Part shown: positions 1 through 9,192 of the stretch, one piece after another | Layout: each line of letters opens with the position of its first letter | How positions within the stretch are numbered: the stretch's first letter is position 1 | IMG/VR virus record: IMGVR_UViG_3300046740_000431 | Coordinates: 1 to 64,000 of that record | Length of the DNA: 64,000 nucleotides | Strand: one strand, 5' to 3' | Source: a virus | Program-made: the position numbers and the translations under genes | The notes under the pieces: generated by a model | Database searches by the model: none | The model's input: only the letters and a program-made list of their open reading frames with translations | What the model was told of the DNA's origin: nothing

Positions 1-236
1 CGATCGGTGTTGGATCCGCGAGCTCGATCGATCTCGATGCAGCGCCTGTGGATGCTGAGGGCGATCCTCGGCAGCCACTCCTCGCCGGCGAGCACGAGCG
101 GCACCACGCGGTGCGTAGAGAGACGCAGCGAACGGGCGGCACGGTCGATTGCTGCAGTGTCCGACCAGCCGATGAGACGAGCGATGTAGTCGCGCATGCA
201 TCGTTTCTGGCCACGGTTCCATGCTTCGGCGAGCAT
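1..236 (-). CDS. Partial ORF (runs off the left edge) resembling a degenerate sigma54 enhancer-binding-protein AAA+ N-terminus
   Basis: Manual translation MLAEAWNRGQKRCMRDYIARLIGWSDTAAIDRAARSLRLSTHRVVPLVLAGEEWLPRIALSIHRR. It follows the bEBP pattern LIG...P(V)L..GE....IA..IH, but Walker A GKE is missing. Not in the ORF track. Confidence 0.4.
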   Translation of the reverse strand, partial: MLAEAWNRGQKRCMRDYIARLIGWSDTAAIDRAARSLRLSTHRVVPLVLAGEEWLPRIALSIHRRCIEIDRARGSNTD

Positions 237-303
237 CGCTCACCAGACGCTCACCAGTGCGCCGTAGGCACCGAGCGCCCAGCTGACGCGCGCCCAAGCA
301 CGG

Positions 304-1026
304 TCAGCGCTTCGCCATCGTCCGACCGATCTCCGCGGCAACCTCGCGCGTCACCATCCCAAGGATCTCGTCCTGCGCCGTCGGTGCCGTCAGGATCTTG
401 CGGCCGATCAGCCCGCGCCTCGCGATGGCCCGGGCGATCGGGAAGTACAGCCGGGCCGCCTGCTCGTCGATGGTGTAGGACTTCCGCACGCCGCGCTGGC
501 GCTTCTGGGGCGGCTTGGGCTTCGGCGGACGTCTCGGTCCGAGCATCGGGTCTTTGCGCGCGAACCTGGCGATGTCGGCAGCCAGGCGCTTCTCATCGGC
601 CTTGGCCCGCTCCTGCTCGGCGCTTCCGCGCGGTCCCGACGATCGCTTCCCGCCTCCACCGCGCTTCGGCTTTGGCTTCACCAAGATCCGCCGTTTGATC
701 CAGGCGATCAGCTCGGCCTTTGGCGGGAACTTACCCGGCCGCCTGCCGCCATCGACGATCGGCGCGTATGGAGCGTCGTTGTCGAGTGCCACGCCGTCCG
801 GTAGCGGGATGACGCGCCAGCGGCGCGCGAAATTGCCGGTGTTGACGGCGCCGCCGGTCCCCACACCGGACGGGTTGGCCGGCGGAGCCTCGCGCGTGCG
901 CTGAACCAGGTAGCCCACCGCGCGCGCGGCCCCGGCGCGCATCCCACGGAGGATCGTCGGCTTGAGCTGGTCGGCGAGCCGGGCGTGGTACGCGGCGAAC
1001 TGCTTGGAATTGAGGACGAGTGGCAT
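304..1026 (-). CDS. HK97 gp10-like neck/tail-completion protein with a basic low-complexity insert
   Basis: VNTGNF..W, NDAPYAPIVDGGRRPG, PP..L..W and IARAIARRG motifs; lies after the head-completion genes. Confidence 0.7.
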   Translation of the reverse strand: MPLVLNSKQFAAYHARLADQLKPTILRGMRAGAARAVGYLVQRTREAPPANPSGVGTGGAVNTGNFARRWRVIPLPDGVALDNDAPYAPIVDGGRRPGKFPPKAELIAWIKRRILVKPKPKRGGGGKRSSGPRGSAEQERAKADEKRLAADIARFARKDPMLGPRRPPKPKPPQKRQRGVRKSYTIDEQAARLYFPIARAIARRGLIGRKILTAPTAQDEILGMVTREVAAEIGRTMAKR

Positions 1027-1093
1027 GGTTGCGACCCGGCGCCGATCTCCTTCCGCCGATCGGTAGCACGTCGGGTGGCAGGCGCGGCACTCG

Positions 1094-1630
1094 TCAGCGC
1101 AGCACGCCGCCCCGGTCGCGGTCCCACGGTGCCCTGGTCAGCATGATCGACCACATCGCCCGGGTGGTGTCCGCGAACGGCTTCGACGACGCGACGAAGC
1201 GGGCCCGGCTGGTCACCCTCCCTGCGGTGTCCAGCTGGCGGATCTCGAAGAACACCGTCTCCGCCGGCGACACCGGATCCCCGTTGGGCCCGCGGCCGAG
1301 CAGCACGTCCTCGCTGTACGAGAGCGAGACCTCGCTCAGGAGGATCGACCCGCTCTCGCGCAGCTGGTCGGCCTCCAGCACCTCGCTCAGCCCCGTGAGG
1401 TCCCCGACCTTCGGCGTGGGCAGGAGCGGCCACTCCCCGACGATCTCCGACGGCCCGTCGCCTCGAGCTCGCATGCCGGCGTAGCGCACCCTGACCACCG
1501 TCACGGTGTACGGACGCAGCCCGGCCCGGCTGTAGAGGTCGCGGGCGCGGTCCCAGATGCGAGACAGCCGAGCCCCGGCGGCGCCGGCGGCGCACGGCGA
1601 CGTGAACAGGAGGTCGTTTCGGCAGCCCAT
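1094..1630 (-). CDS. Putative head-closure (stopper) protein
   Basis: Beta-rich 178 aa between the adaptor-like and gp10-like genes; synteny only. Confidence 0.45.
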   Translation of the reverse strand: MGCRNDLLFTSPCAAGAAGARLSRIWDRARDLYSRAGLRPYTVTVVRVRYAGMRARGDGPSEIVGEWPLLPTPKVGDLTGLSEVLEADQLRESGSILLSEVSLSYSEDVLLGRGPNGDPVSPAETVFFEIRQLDTAGRVTSRARFVASSKPFADTTRAMWSIMLTRAPWDRDRGGVLR

Positions 1631-1671
1631 GCCGGGGATGATCTGCGGTGCCGCGCGGCAGCGCTACCCGA

Positions 1672-2091
1672 CTACCGGCGGACGGAGATGATTCCGGCGC
1701 GAGATCCCGCCAGCCCACCCTGCGAGAGCACCTTGAACCGCTCCGAGAACGGGTAGGGGGTGATCCCGAGGACGTCGGACAACCGGCACGCCCAGCGCAC
1801 GTATTCGCGCTCCACGTCCGTCGGTTGCTCGAGGTTCGGCTCGAGAGCGTCGACCCGCTTGGCGAACAGCTCCTTGCTGGCCTGGAACAGCGTGCACTCG
1901 AGATCGTCGAGGTGATCGAGGAGCTGCCGAACGCGCTCCTCGGCGCCGGGCTGCACGCGGCGCACCGCCGACTCGAACATGAACTGGACCTGTGTCGCCG
2001 CCGGGATAGCGAACGCGAACGAGCTCGCGATCACCACGTCCATGTAGCCGAGGTGGTAGCGAGCCCGCCCGATGTCCTGGTCCGACAGCAC
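1672..2091 (-). CDS. Putative head-tail adaptor protein
   Basis: Helical 139 aa starting MLSDQDIGRARYHLGY; downstream of the capsid gene. Confidence 0.55.
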   Translation of the reverse strand: MLSDQDIGRARYHLGYMDVVIASSFAFAIPAATQVQFMFESAVRRVQPGAEERVRQLLDHLDDLECTLFQASKELFAKRVDALEPNLEQPTDVEREYVRWACRLSDVLGITPYPFSERFKVLSQGGLAGSRAGIISVRR

Positions 2092-2092
2092 G

Positions 2093-2653
2093 TCAGTCCT
2101 CCGGCTCCGGTTCCTCGATGGGAACGAGCTTGACGCCCTGGTCGACGATCGACTGCAGGATGCGCTCCCCGTAGTTGCGAAGCTGGACGATCTTCCCGTT
2201 GGCCAGCGTCGACATCTGGCCGTTGCCGACGGAAACCGTGCGCGGCCTGTCGCCGGGGCAGACGACGCGCCAGGTGTTGGTCGGCGACGGCTTGAGCCCG
2301 CGGATCTTGGCGGCCTTCGGCAGCGGCTGGGGGACTGGGGTCACGACATCGGCGAGCTTCGGCGCGCCGGCGCCGGACAGCTTGATCCGCGCGTGCTCGA
2401 CCACGAACCGGAGATCGTCCTCGCCGAGAAGCGAGGCGATGCGGATGTCGAGCCGCGCGGCCTCGCCGGACAAGCGATCCCGGTCGTACCTGGCATACGG
2501 CGACGCCGGAGACACCGCCTTGCCGACCACGGCGCGCGCCTCCATGACCATCCGGTCGGCCAGCTCGCGCGCGCTGTTGCTGGCGATGCTCTCGCCCTTG
2601 TCGTCGAGCTTCTGCTGCTCGAGCTCGTCGAGCCTGATCTTGGCCATGGGCAA
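2093..2653 (-). CDS. Hypothetical virion-module protein
   Basis: Tiles between capsid and adaptor; coding-like composition. Confidence 0.6.
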   Translation of the reverse strand: MPMAKIRLDELEQQKLDDKGESIASNSARELADRMVMEARAVVGKAVSPASPYARYDRDRLSGEAARLDIRIASLLGEDDLRFVVEHARIKLSGAGAPKLADVVTPVPQPLPKAAKIRGLKPSPTNTWRVVCPGDRPRTVSVGNGQMSTLANGKIVQLRNYGERILQSIVDQGVKLVPIEEPEPED

Positions 2654-2693
2654 GCATCACGGCGTGATGCCCAGGCTGCAAGGTCTCCAGACG

Positions 2694-2733
2694 CAGCGAC
2701 GCCCGGTAGCTTGCCGGCCACCGGGCGTCGCTG
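2694..2733 (-). terminator. 14-bp GC-rich hairpin after the capsid gene (terminator or mRNA stabiliser)
   Basis: CAGCGACGCCCGGT / ACCGGGCGTCGCTG, 20 nt after the MCP stop; no clear U tract. Confidence 0.55.
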
Positions 2734-2753
2734 TCACCGCGCAGGGATGCTGG

Positions 2754-4181
2754 TCACTCGCTGTGGATGATCTCGCACACCCGCTTGAACGCCGCCGCAT
2801 CGCCGGTCGCCCCGTCGGTGCGGACCACGAAGTCCCCCATGAAGCTCCAGGTGTTCGCGACGTTCTGCTGCAGGCGGTCGATCGGCGCGCGCTGGATGAC
2901 GCGGATCCGGTCGACGTCGATCTGGACGCCGTTGTTGACGATCGTGGCGCCCTTGGAGACGCGCCCGGTGATGCCGGCCTCGGTCTCGAGGGCGCTCTGG
3001 TCGGCGAAGTACTCCTTCAGGGCCTCGCCGCCGATCGCGATGGCGCGGTGGACGCGCGCGCCGGTGGACGCGTTGCCGTTCGAGAACAGCTCGCCGGCCA
3101 GCGGGTCCAACGCGGTGAACGTCGCAGACGTCCCGCCCTCGACGTTCTCGGGGACCGGGTTCTCGTTGTTCCGGTAGAACGTGCAGCCGAGCAGCCTGTT
3201 GATCACGAAGTCGCCGTAGCTGATCGCCTCGCTCGGACCGACGCCAGCGGTACCGCGCGTGAGCTGCTGGACCTCGGAGTCGGCGAACAGCTGCGTCTCG
3301 CCGATCGGGTCGAGGTGGAAGTGGTAGGTGCCGTCCGAGCAGTTCGGCACGTTGCTGACGCGCAGGCGAGCGATGGCCGAGCGGATGTCGGCCAGGTGGA
3401 GGATGTCGGTGCCCGGGGTGAGCGCGTCGGTCGCATTGCCGCCGCCGACGATCACGCGGAACGAGCGCGTCGACGCGAACACCGGGTCGCGGTCGGCGAC
3501 GGTGATCGCCGTGTCGATCGTGATGGTGCCGGGTCCGATCTCGTCGCCGGGGACGGCCGGGGTGAACCCGGTGACGTTCACGACGATCGCGCCGCCGACC
3601 GTGCGGACGACGGTGATCGGCAGCGGGTTGTTCGCGGTCACCAGGTCGTAGCGGACCTGCGAGCCGAGGGTCAGATCGGGACGACGAACGCGCGTGAGCC
3701 CGTTGAGGCGCTTCACGGCGAGCGAGGTCACGGTGGTCTGCGCGCCGTCGGCGACCGTCCACCCGGACTCGGCGGCGTTGAACAGCTTGTACCGGTTGAT
3801 CCGGTTCAGCGTCTGGCCGGCGTTGAGGCCGAGCTGCTTCATGTCCTCGGTCAGCTTGTTGACCGCCGCCACGAACGCCGTCGGCAGGTTCGTGTCGATC
3901 GTGTCGGTCCACTGCTGCATCGTCGCGGACCACTGCTCGAGCTTGTAGTCGCTCGGCTGCGGGTCCTGCCCGGGGACGATCGGGATCAGCTTGGGCTTGA
4001 TCAAGCCCTTGCCGGTGAACGTCTTGTTGTCGCCGACGTTGGCGGCCCACTGCTCGGGCATCGACTCCGCCCGGAACAGGTTCTCGGGGTAGAGACCATC
4101 CGAGAAGAAGCGGTCCAGGGCGTTCTCCTGGACCAGGGATCGGTACTGCGAGCTCTGGAGAATGACTGAATAGTCGGCCAT
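2754..4181 (-). CDS. Major capsid protein (HK97 fold)
   Basis: 475 aa after a scaffold-like gene; strong SD AAGGAG; DIRSAIARLR..NVP..SDGTYHFHLDP and C-terminal DRLQQ...TWSF features. Confidence 0.8.
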   Translation of the reverse strand: MADYSVILQSSQYRSLVQENALDRFFSDGLYPENLFRAESMPEQWAANVGDNKTFTGKGLIKPKLIPIVPGQDPQPSDYKLEQWSATMQQWTDTIDTNLPTAFVAAVNKLTEDMKQLGLNAGQTLNRINRYKLFNAAESGWTVADGAQTTVTSLAVKRLNGLTRVRRPDLTLGSQVRYDLVTANNPLPITVVRTVGGAIVVNVTGFTPAVPGDEIGPGTITIDTAITVADRDPVFASTRSFRVIVGGGNATDALTPGTDILHLADIRSAIARLRVSNVPNCSDGTYHFHLDPIGETQLFADSEVQQLTRGTAGVGPSEAISYGDFVINRLLGCTFYRNNENPVPENVEGGTSATFTALDPLAGELFSNGNASTGARVHRAIAIGGEALKEYFADQSALETEAGITGRVSKGATIVNNGVQIDVDRIRVIQRAPIDRLQQNVANTWSFMGDFVVRTDGATGDAAAFKRVCEIIHSE

Positions 4182-4183
4182 GG

Positions 4184-4232
4184 GTGCGCTCCTTGCTTGA
4201 CGACGTTAGGAGCGCACGGATCCAGCGCGCAA
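4184..4232 (-). promoter_or_regulatory. Hairpin sequestering the capsid SD, overlapping a putative internal promoter
   Basis: Perfect 10-bp stem GTGCGCTCCT/AGGAGCGCAC (4184-4193 and 4208-4217) containing AGGAG; TTGCGC-N18-TAACGT overlaps the stem and loop. Confidence 0.6.
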
Positions 4233-4256
4233 GGGCGCGAGAAGTCGCGACCGCCG

Positions 4257-5231
4257 TCAGCGGCGCATGGGCTTGGCGCCCGAGTAGTTGATCCCGCGGG
4301 CCCTCATCTGCTCCTCGAAGTCGCGCGGCGATGCGGCGCGAGCGTCGAAGGCCCCGGCACCGCCGGCCGCCGCGGCCACCTGCGGCGTGGTGGGCTGCGC
4401 CGGTGCGGGGGCGGCCCCGGGGCCGCCGACGGCGCCGGTGTTCGCTGGCACCGGCTGCGTGCCGAAGATGTACGGCCTGGTCGCGCGCTGCTCCTCGGCC
4501 CACGCCTGGACGCTGAACGACGCGAGCTTCTTCTGCCCCTCGGGCGACGTGTCCGCCGACAGCTGCTTCAGGTGGTTGGAGAGCGAGAACCACGCGAAGT
4601 CGAGATCCTTCACGCCGAGCTGAGACAGGTCGACCCGGATGTTCATCTCTTCGCGGGTCGCCGCCAGCTGCTGCTCGAGCTGCGCGGCGCGCGCGGCCTC
4701 GGTGGTGTGCTGCTGCTGCAAGGCGTTGTAGCGCTGGTTCTGCTTCTGCTGATCCGCCTGCATCCGGCGGCGGATGTGGTCGGGGATCGCGCGCTGGTTC
4801 GCGAGCTCCTGCTCGGTCGGCGCCGCCGGCTTGGCCGGGGCCGGTGGCTGCGGCGGAGTGACGGGCGCCTGGAAGGCGGGCGGCGCCACGACCGGCGCTG
4901 CGATCGGAGCCGGAGCTGCCGCGGGGGCGGCGGTCTGTGGCGCTGGGGTGACTACTGGATCGCTCATTTCGTTGATCTCCTGAGGTGGCGCTGGTTGGTC
5001 GATCGCTCGCCCGATCTCCTCGAGCGCCTCGATCATGGGTACGACGCCGGAGAATCCGAGCCGCACGGCGCGTTCCGCGAGTTCCTGCTCTAGCCTCGCC
5101 CGCTCAGCGTTCTTGATCTGCCGGAAGACGTCGCGGGGGACGGCGACGTCGCCGTCGATCATGCGGAGCCCGAGAGAAACCTCGTCGGGCGCGAGCGAGA
5201 ACTCATCGGGTGGCGCTGGTTCTTGCTCCAC
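4257..5231 (-). CDS. Capsid scaffolding protein (possible internal start at 4967)
   Basis: Pro/Ala linker, Gln-rich coiled coil and C-terminal PYIF motif, directly upstream of MCP; CAGGAG before ATG 4967. Confidence 0.65.
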   Translation of the reverse strand: MEQEPAPPDEFSLAPDEVSLGLRMIDGDVAVPRDVFRQIKNAERARLEQELAERAVRLGFSGVVPMIEALEEIGRAIDQPAPPQEINEMSDPVVTPAPQTAAPAAAPAPIAAPVVAPPAFQAPVTPPQPPAPAKPAAPTEQELANQRAIPDHIRRRMQADQQKQNQRYNALQQQHTTEAARAAQLEQQLAATREEMNIRVDLSQLGVKDLDFAWFSLSNHLKQLSADTSPEGQKKLASFSVQAWAEEQRATRPYIFGTQPVPANTGAVGGPGAAPAPAQPTTPQVAAAAGGAGAFDARAASPRDFEEQMRARGINYSGAKPMRR

Positions 5232-5272
5232 CCGGGCGATGCTCCGCCAGATCTTTTACGGGCACCAGGTCG

Positions 5273-6595
5273 CTAATCGGCAGCGGCTCGGCGAGCTCGC
5301 GGAGATCTTCCGGTGATCTTCGAGATCGCCTTGAGGTTGCTGGAGGTCTCGGCCAGGCCGTCGCGCAGCGTCGACAGAACCTCGTCATGGTCGATCGGGT
5401 TCATCCGATCGCGCCGATCGTGCTCGCTCCCAAGCAGCGAACGCGATGCTTCCACCGCGGCGTCGTGCTCTGCTCGCGCCGAGCGGTCCGAGATCTCGTC
5501 GTCCTCGCCGCGCTCATGGTGGGCGAAGGCCTTGTCGTTGACCAAGCCACCGTCGTCAGGGTCGATGCGCTCGATCTCGCGAACCGCCGCCTCGTGGGCC
5601 TTGCCGAATGCCTTGACCTCGCCACCCACCGACCGGATCGCAGCGGTCTGCGAGGCGTGAAGATCCTCGAGCGCGTCGTGCGCGATCTCGGCCTGGCGCT
5701 TGAACGCCTCGTGGTGTGCATCGACGTCGGCGCGGAACTTCTCGTAGTCGGCGATGTGCTCAGCGTGCTCGCCTTCGCTGTCCTCGGGATCTCGCTCCGG
5801 TCTCTCGTGGTACGAGAATTCGTGCTCGCCCGAGATCTCCGGGATCTTGTGCTCCGGCGGTTCGTGTTCGGCGCGAGGCGGCCGGTCAGCGTGCGGCGTC
5901 CTCATCTCGTGGGCGACGCCGGCCACGGCGTCTGCCGCAGCGTGGCCGGCGTCGATCCCGCTCAGATGATCGACGGCGCCCTGGTGGTCATCGACGCCAG
6001 CGCCGGCCAGCACGTCGTGCATCGCGGAGAGCTTGGCGAGCTCGTCGGACGCCTTCCGCGCGCTCGAGTCGAGCGCCTCGTGCACGCCGTCCAGCTTGGT
6101 GGCTGACCGCTCGGCGGCCTCGTGGAACGCCTTGAGCTTGACGTCGGGCGGCGCGGTGATGTGGCCAGCGGCGAGCGCGCGCTGCTCGTTGGCGATCTCG
6201 TCTCGGACGGTCGCCTCGGCGTGTTTCGCGGCGTGGCCGGCGGCCTCGTCGATCAGGGGCTGCACCTTGGCGTGAGTCTCCGCCGGGATGCGCTGGCCAC
6301 CTGGCCGCTCTTGGCCTCGAGCTCGCCACTGCTGATCCATGCCGTGCTCGAAGGCGTTCACGCCGTGGTCGGCGAGCACCTTCGACTTTGCCTGCAGGGC
6401 GGCGTACTCACGGGCCTCGGAGATCCTGCGCTCGTGGTGTTCGTCGAGCGTCGGTGGCTTGACCTCGGGCGCCCTGGGCTTGACGAGCTTGCCCTCCTTC
6501 GCCTTGGAAAGGATGGCCGCCGCCCGCCCGCCGCCCGCTCCGAACTTGCCGTCGGCCGCGCGCGGGTGAGCGATCTCGTCGAAGTCCCCGCCCAT
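5273..6595 (-). CDS. His/Glu/Ala-rich helical protein with N-terminal DFDExxHPRAADGKFG tag; probable internal virion protein
   Basis: First ~22 aa nearly identical to those of the ART at 8015-9157; inside the head operon. Confidence 0.7.
   Translation of the reverse strand: MGGDFDEIAHPRAADGKFGAGGGRAAAILSKAKEGKLVKPRAPEVKPPTLDEHHERRISEAREYAALQAKSKVLADHGVNAFEHGMDQQWRARGQERPGGQRIPAETHAKVQPLIDEAAGHAAKHAEATVRDEIANEQRALAAGHITAPPDVKLKAFHEAAERSATKLDGVHEALDSSARKASDELAKLSAMHDVLAGAGVDDHQGAVDHLSGIDAGHAAADAVAGVAHEMRTPHADRPPRAEHEPPEHKIPEISGEHEFSYHERPERDPEDSEGEHAEHIADYEKFRADVDAHHEAFKRQAEIAHDALEDLHASQTAAIRSVGGEVKAFGKAHEAAVREIERIDPDDGGLVNDKAFAHHERGEDDEISDRSARAEHDAAVEASRSLLGSEHDRRDRMNPIDHDEVLSTLRDGLAETSSNLKAISKITGRSPRARRAAAD
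6540..6568. repeat. 29-bp exact repeat encoding HPRAADGKFG (second copy 9102-9130)
   Basis: CCGAACTTGCCGTCGGCCGCGCGCGGGTG at both loci. Confidence 0.9.
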
Positions 6596-6601
6596 CTCTG
6601 G

Positions 6602-7075
6602 TCAGGCGGGGTAGTTCGCGGCCATCTGCGCCGCCGACAGGGTCAGCGGGTAGTACTCGATCACGAACGCGGTCACCGTCGTGGGGAAGGTGATCGTCTT
6701 GCCGTCGTCGGAGATCAACGCGATCCCGACCACCGTGCTCGCGGTCGGCGACGTCGCGGTCGCCCCGGAGTCCCCGGTGATGTACGTGCCGACGCTGTTG
6801 GCCGTGCCGCTGGCCGTGCAGCGCAGCGTGCGCACGATCTCCGCGGGCAGCCGGTTCGGGTTGGCCGCCCCGGCGGTCTCGCCGGTGCCGTCGATCAGCG
6901 TGAGATCGAAGCTCGCGGCGGCGGTGAGCCCCGTGAAGGTCCGCTTGAGGACGGTGTTCGCGGTCCCGAGCTTGAGCAGCCGCAACACGTCGGCCAGATC
7001 GTTCGGGTTGGCCTCGTCGAGGGCGGCCTTCAGGGTGCGCGGGGTGGTGGACGTGGTGCCGAATGCTGCGGTCAT
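6602..7075 (-). CDS. Putative capsid decoration/structural protein
   Basis: Thr/Ala/Gly-rich beta protein in the head operon. Confidence 0.5.
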   Translation of the reverse strand: MTAAFGTTSTTPRTLKAALDEANPNDLADVLRLLKLGTANTVLKRTFTGLTAAASFDLTLIDGTGETAGAANPNRLPAEIVRTLRCTASGTANSVGTYITGDSGATATSPTASTVVGIALISDDGKTITFPTTVTAFVIEYYPLTLSAAQMAANYPA

Positions 7076-7077
7076 GG

Positions 7078-7431
7078 TCAGACTCCTTGGCCAAGGATCA
7101 GGCTCACCGTCGTGGCCTGGCCAGCCACGCGGACGAGGGAGATCGCCGTGATCGGGACCGCCCTGGAAACAACGATGATGGTCTCGCCGTGATGGTCCGA
7201 CGGGGATCCGGCGCCGTAGGTCAACGTCACCGCTACCGATGCGCTGGACTCGAGGAACAGCGCCGTGACACCGGCCAGGCCGTCGAGCTGCACAGAGACT
7301 GGCGAGTCGGTCGACAGCACTACAACACGACGCTCGGGCGCCGGCGAGCAGGCGATCCGCTCGTCGAACGTCCGCGCGATCGTCCCGTCGGGGAGATCGA
7401 CCACGGACCCGGAGATCGCCAGCGCCCCCAT
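7078..7431 (-). CDS. Small beta-rich structural protein (hypothetical)
   Basis: Operon tiling with 2-3 nt gaps. Confidence 0.55.
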   Translation of the reverse strand: MGALAISGSVVDLPDGTIARTFDERIACSPAPERRVVVLSTDSPVSVQLDGLAGVTALFLESSASVAVTLTYGAGSPSDHHGETIIVVSRAVPITAISLVRVAGQATTVSLILGQGV

Positions 7432-7434
7432 GGG

Positions 7435-7809
7435 TCAGGCCGGCGGCATGTCGCCGCTGTCGCCGGGCTCGTTCGCCTCGTCACCGGCGCCGCCGCCGAG
7501 CAGGCTCTCGGTCTGCTCCATGAGCGCCTCGGCCTTGGTCAGCATGTCGGCCGTCTGCGCGATAGCCTTCTCGGCCTTGGGGTCGAGGTCGTCCTCCATC
7601 TCGGCGCGGGACTGAAGATCGGTGGCCATCTGGACGGCGGCCTTGAGCGTCTCGTGGAGCTCGAGGAACGCGGTGTGGATGTCCGGCTCGGTCTCGTCAC
7701 CGGGCGCCCCGCCATCCGGCGTGCCTCCGGGCGGAGCTGCCGGCGAAGGGCCAGCCGGGTTGCTGGCGCCGTTGAGAGACGCGAGGAGGGCGGGGTTCAC
7801 GCCTGGCAT
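7435..7809 (-). CDS. Acidic helical hypothetical protein
   Basis: ATG 7809 preceded by CACCAT-N6 (leaderless-type). Confidence 0.55.
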   Translation of the reverse strand: MPGVNPALLASLNGASNPAGPSPAAPPGGTPDGGAPGDETEPDIHTAFLELHETLKAAVQMATDLQSRAEMEDDLDPKAEKAIAQTADMLTKAEALMEQTESLLGGGAGDEANEPGDSGDMPPA

Positions 7810-7859
7810 GCAGGCATGGTGACGGCGTGTGTCGGCGACCGCAAGGGTCGCCATTCCGG

Positions 7860-8018
7860 TCACCGCCGCGGCGGCGGTGGTGATTCCTGCTTGGCCGGCT
7901 TCGGCGGGTCTCCTGGCTTTGGGTCGCCACCGCTCGTGCTCGGCGCGGCGGCAGGCTTGCCCGAGATCAGAATGTCACCGGAACCCCACGCGAAGCGGTC
8001 GTCGTCGTTGTTGGTCAT
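7860..8018 (-). CDS. 52-aa ORF translationally coupled to the ART gene; candidate immunity or partner protein
   Basis: ATGA overlap with the ART stop; MTNNDDDRFAWGSGDILISGKPAAAPSTSGGDPKPGDPPKPAKQESPPPPRR; below the ORF-track cutoff. Confidence 0.6.
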   Translation of the reverse strand: MTNNDDDRFAWGSGDILISGKPAAAPSTSGGDPKPGDPPKPAKQESPPPPRR

Positions 8019-9157
8019 GCGCCCTGTCCAACCACTGTAACGTGAAACACAACATGCGGCACGGTTTCTCCGTAGCCGTTCTTCCTCGTGGTGTCCTCTC
8101 GCTTGTCAACGCGGAACTGCGTTCCTCTGGCAAGCAGCATCTCGCGCTCCGCCCCGTTGCTCAGCGGCGCGAGCTTGGTCCCCGCAGGGGACGTGACCAC
8201 GAACATGTAGTCCCTTCCGAGAACCTTGGACGGTTCCGTTGCCGTCGAGACGTACGCCTTGTCGGTGAACGTCTGGCCGGCCTGGAGCTTCTCCAGTTCC
8301 GGGTGCTTCTGCGACCCACGGTACGTCGTCACCGGGGCGTCGATCACCGACTTGTCGATTGCTCGATCGAGATGGGCGATAGACCGATCGATGTGGCCCT
8401 GGGCGATCTGATCCCCGTGGTGCATCGGCAACTTCTCGTCGCTCGCCCCAGCGGACTTGATCCGGTCTTCCGTGACCGACCCAGATCGGAGATCCCCGTT
8501 GATCTGCCTGTAGGCAGGGCTGATGTAGAGGTCCACCGCGCTCCGCTCGGTGGGTGTCATTTTGGCGTGCAGTTCACTCGCGGCCTTGTCGTGTTCCTCG
8601 CCGGACACCGTGCGAGCCTTCGCAGCGCCGGACTCAGCCTGTGCTGGCTTCGCCGCCGCGGGCGCCTGCGTCGCCGGGGAAGCCTTGGGGGCCTGGACGG
8701 CTGGCTTCTGGGCCGGCGTCGGCTTGGCGTCGGGCTTCTGGGCCGGACTGGACGGCGCATGCTTGGCGACGATCGCAGCCGCTCGCTCCTTGGCCTTGGA
8801 CACGATATCCTTGGCATTCGCCTTCGCGGCGGACCTGGCCGCCGAGACCTTGGCCTTGGCCTCCCTGGTCGGCGCCTTGCCGCGCGGCTGCATCGCCTTG
8901 GCCTTCTCGACCATGGCCTTCGCGCGAAGCTTGGCCTTCGCGACCACAGCTTGGGCCTTGGCCCTGGCGGCCTTCCTGCGTTCTCCGACCTTGGCCTTCG
9001 CGGCCGCCGCCTTAGATCGCGCGGTCGGCTTTGCCTTCTGGTCCTTTGCCTTCTGGTCCTGGCTCGGCGAGGCCTTCTGCTTGCCACCGCCCGAACCCTG
9101 GCCGAACTTGCCGTCGGCCGCGCGCGGGTGGGAACTTTCGTCGAAATCACCAGCCAT
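8015..9157 (-). CDS. R-S-E class (VIP2/C3/Alt-like) ADP-ribosyltransferase with HPR tag and Lys/Ala-rich linker
   Basis: Y...Y..IN..LR helix, TTYRG, FTDKAYVSTA and AEREMLLARGTQFRV (ExE). Confidence 0.88.
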   Translation of the reverse strand: MAGDFDESSHPRAADGKFGQGSGGGKQKASPSQDQKAKDQKAKPTARSKAAAAKAKVGERRKAARAKAQAVVAKAKLRAKAMVEKAKAMQPRGKAPTREAKAKVSAARSAAKANAKDIVSKAKERAAAIVAKHAPSSPAQKPDAKPTPAQKPAVQAPKASPATQAPAAAKPAQAESGAAKARTVSGEEHDKAASELHAKMTPTERSAVDLYISPAYRQINGDLRSGSVTEDRIKSAGASDEKLPMHHGDQIAQGHIDRSIAHLDRAIDKSVIDAPVTTYRGSQKHPELEKLQAGQTFTDKAYVSTATEPSKVLGRDYMFVVTSPAGTKLAPLSNGAEREMLLARGTQFRVDKREDTTRKNGYGETVPHVVFHVTVVGQGA

Positions 9158-9192
9158 CGCTGGCGACTATAGGCGGCATGTACGCAAACGCG

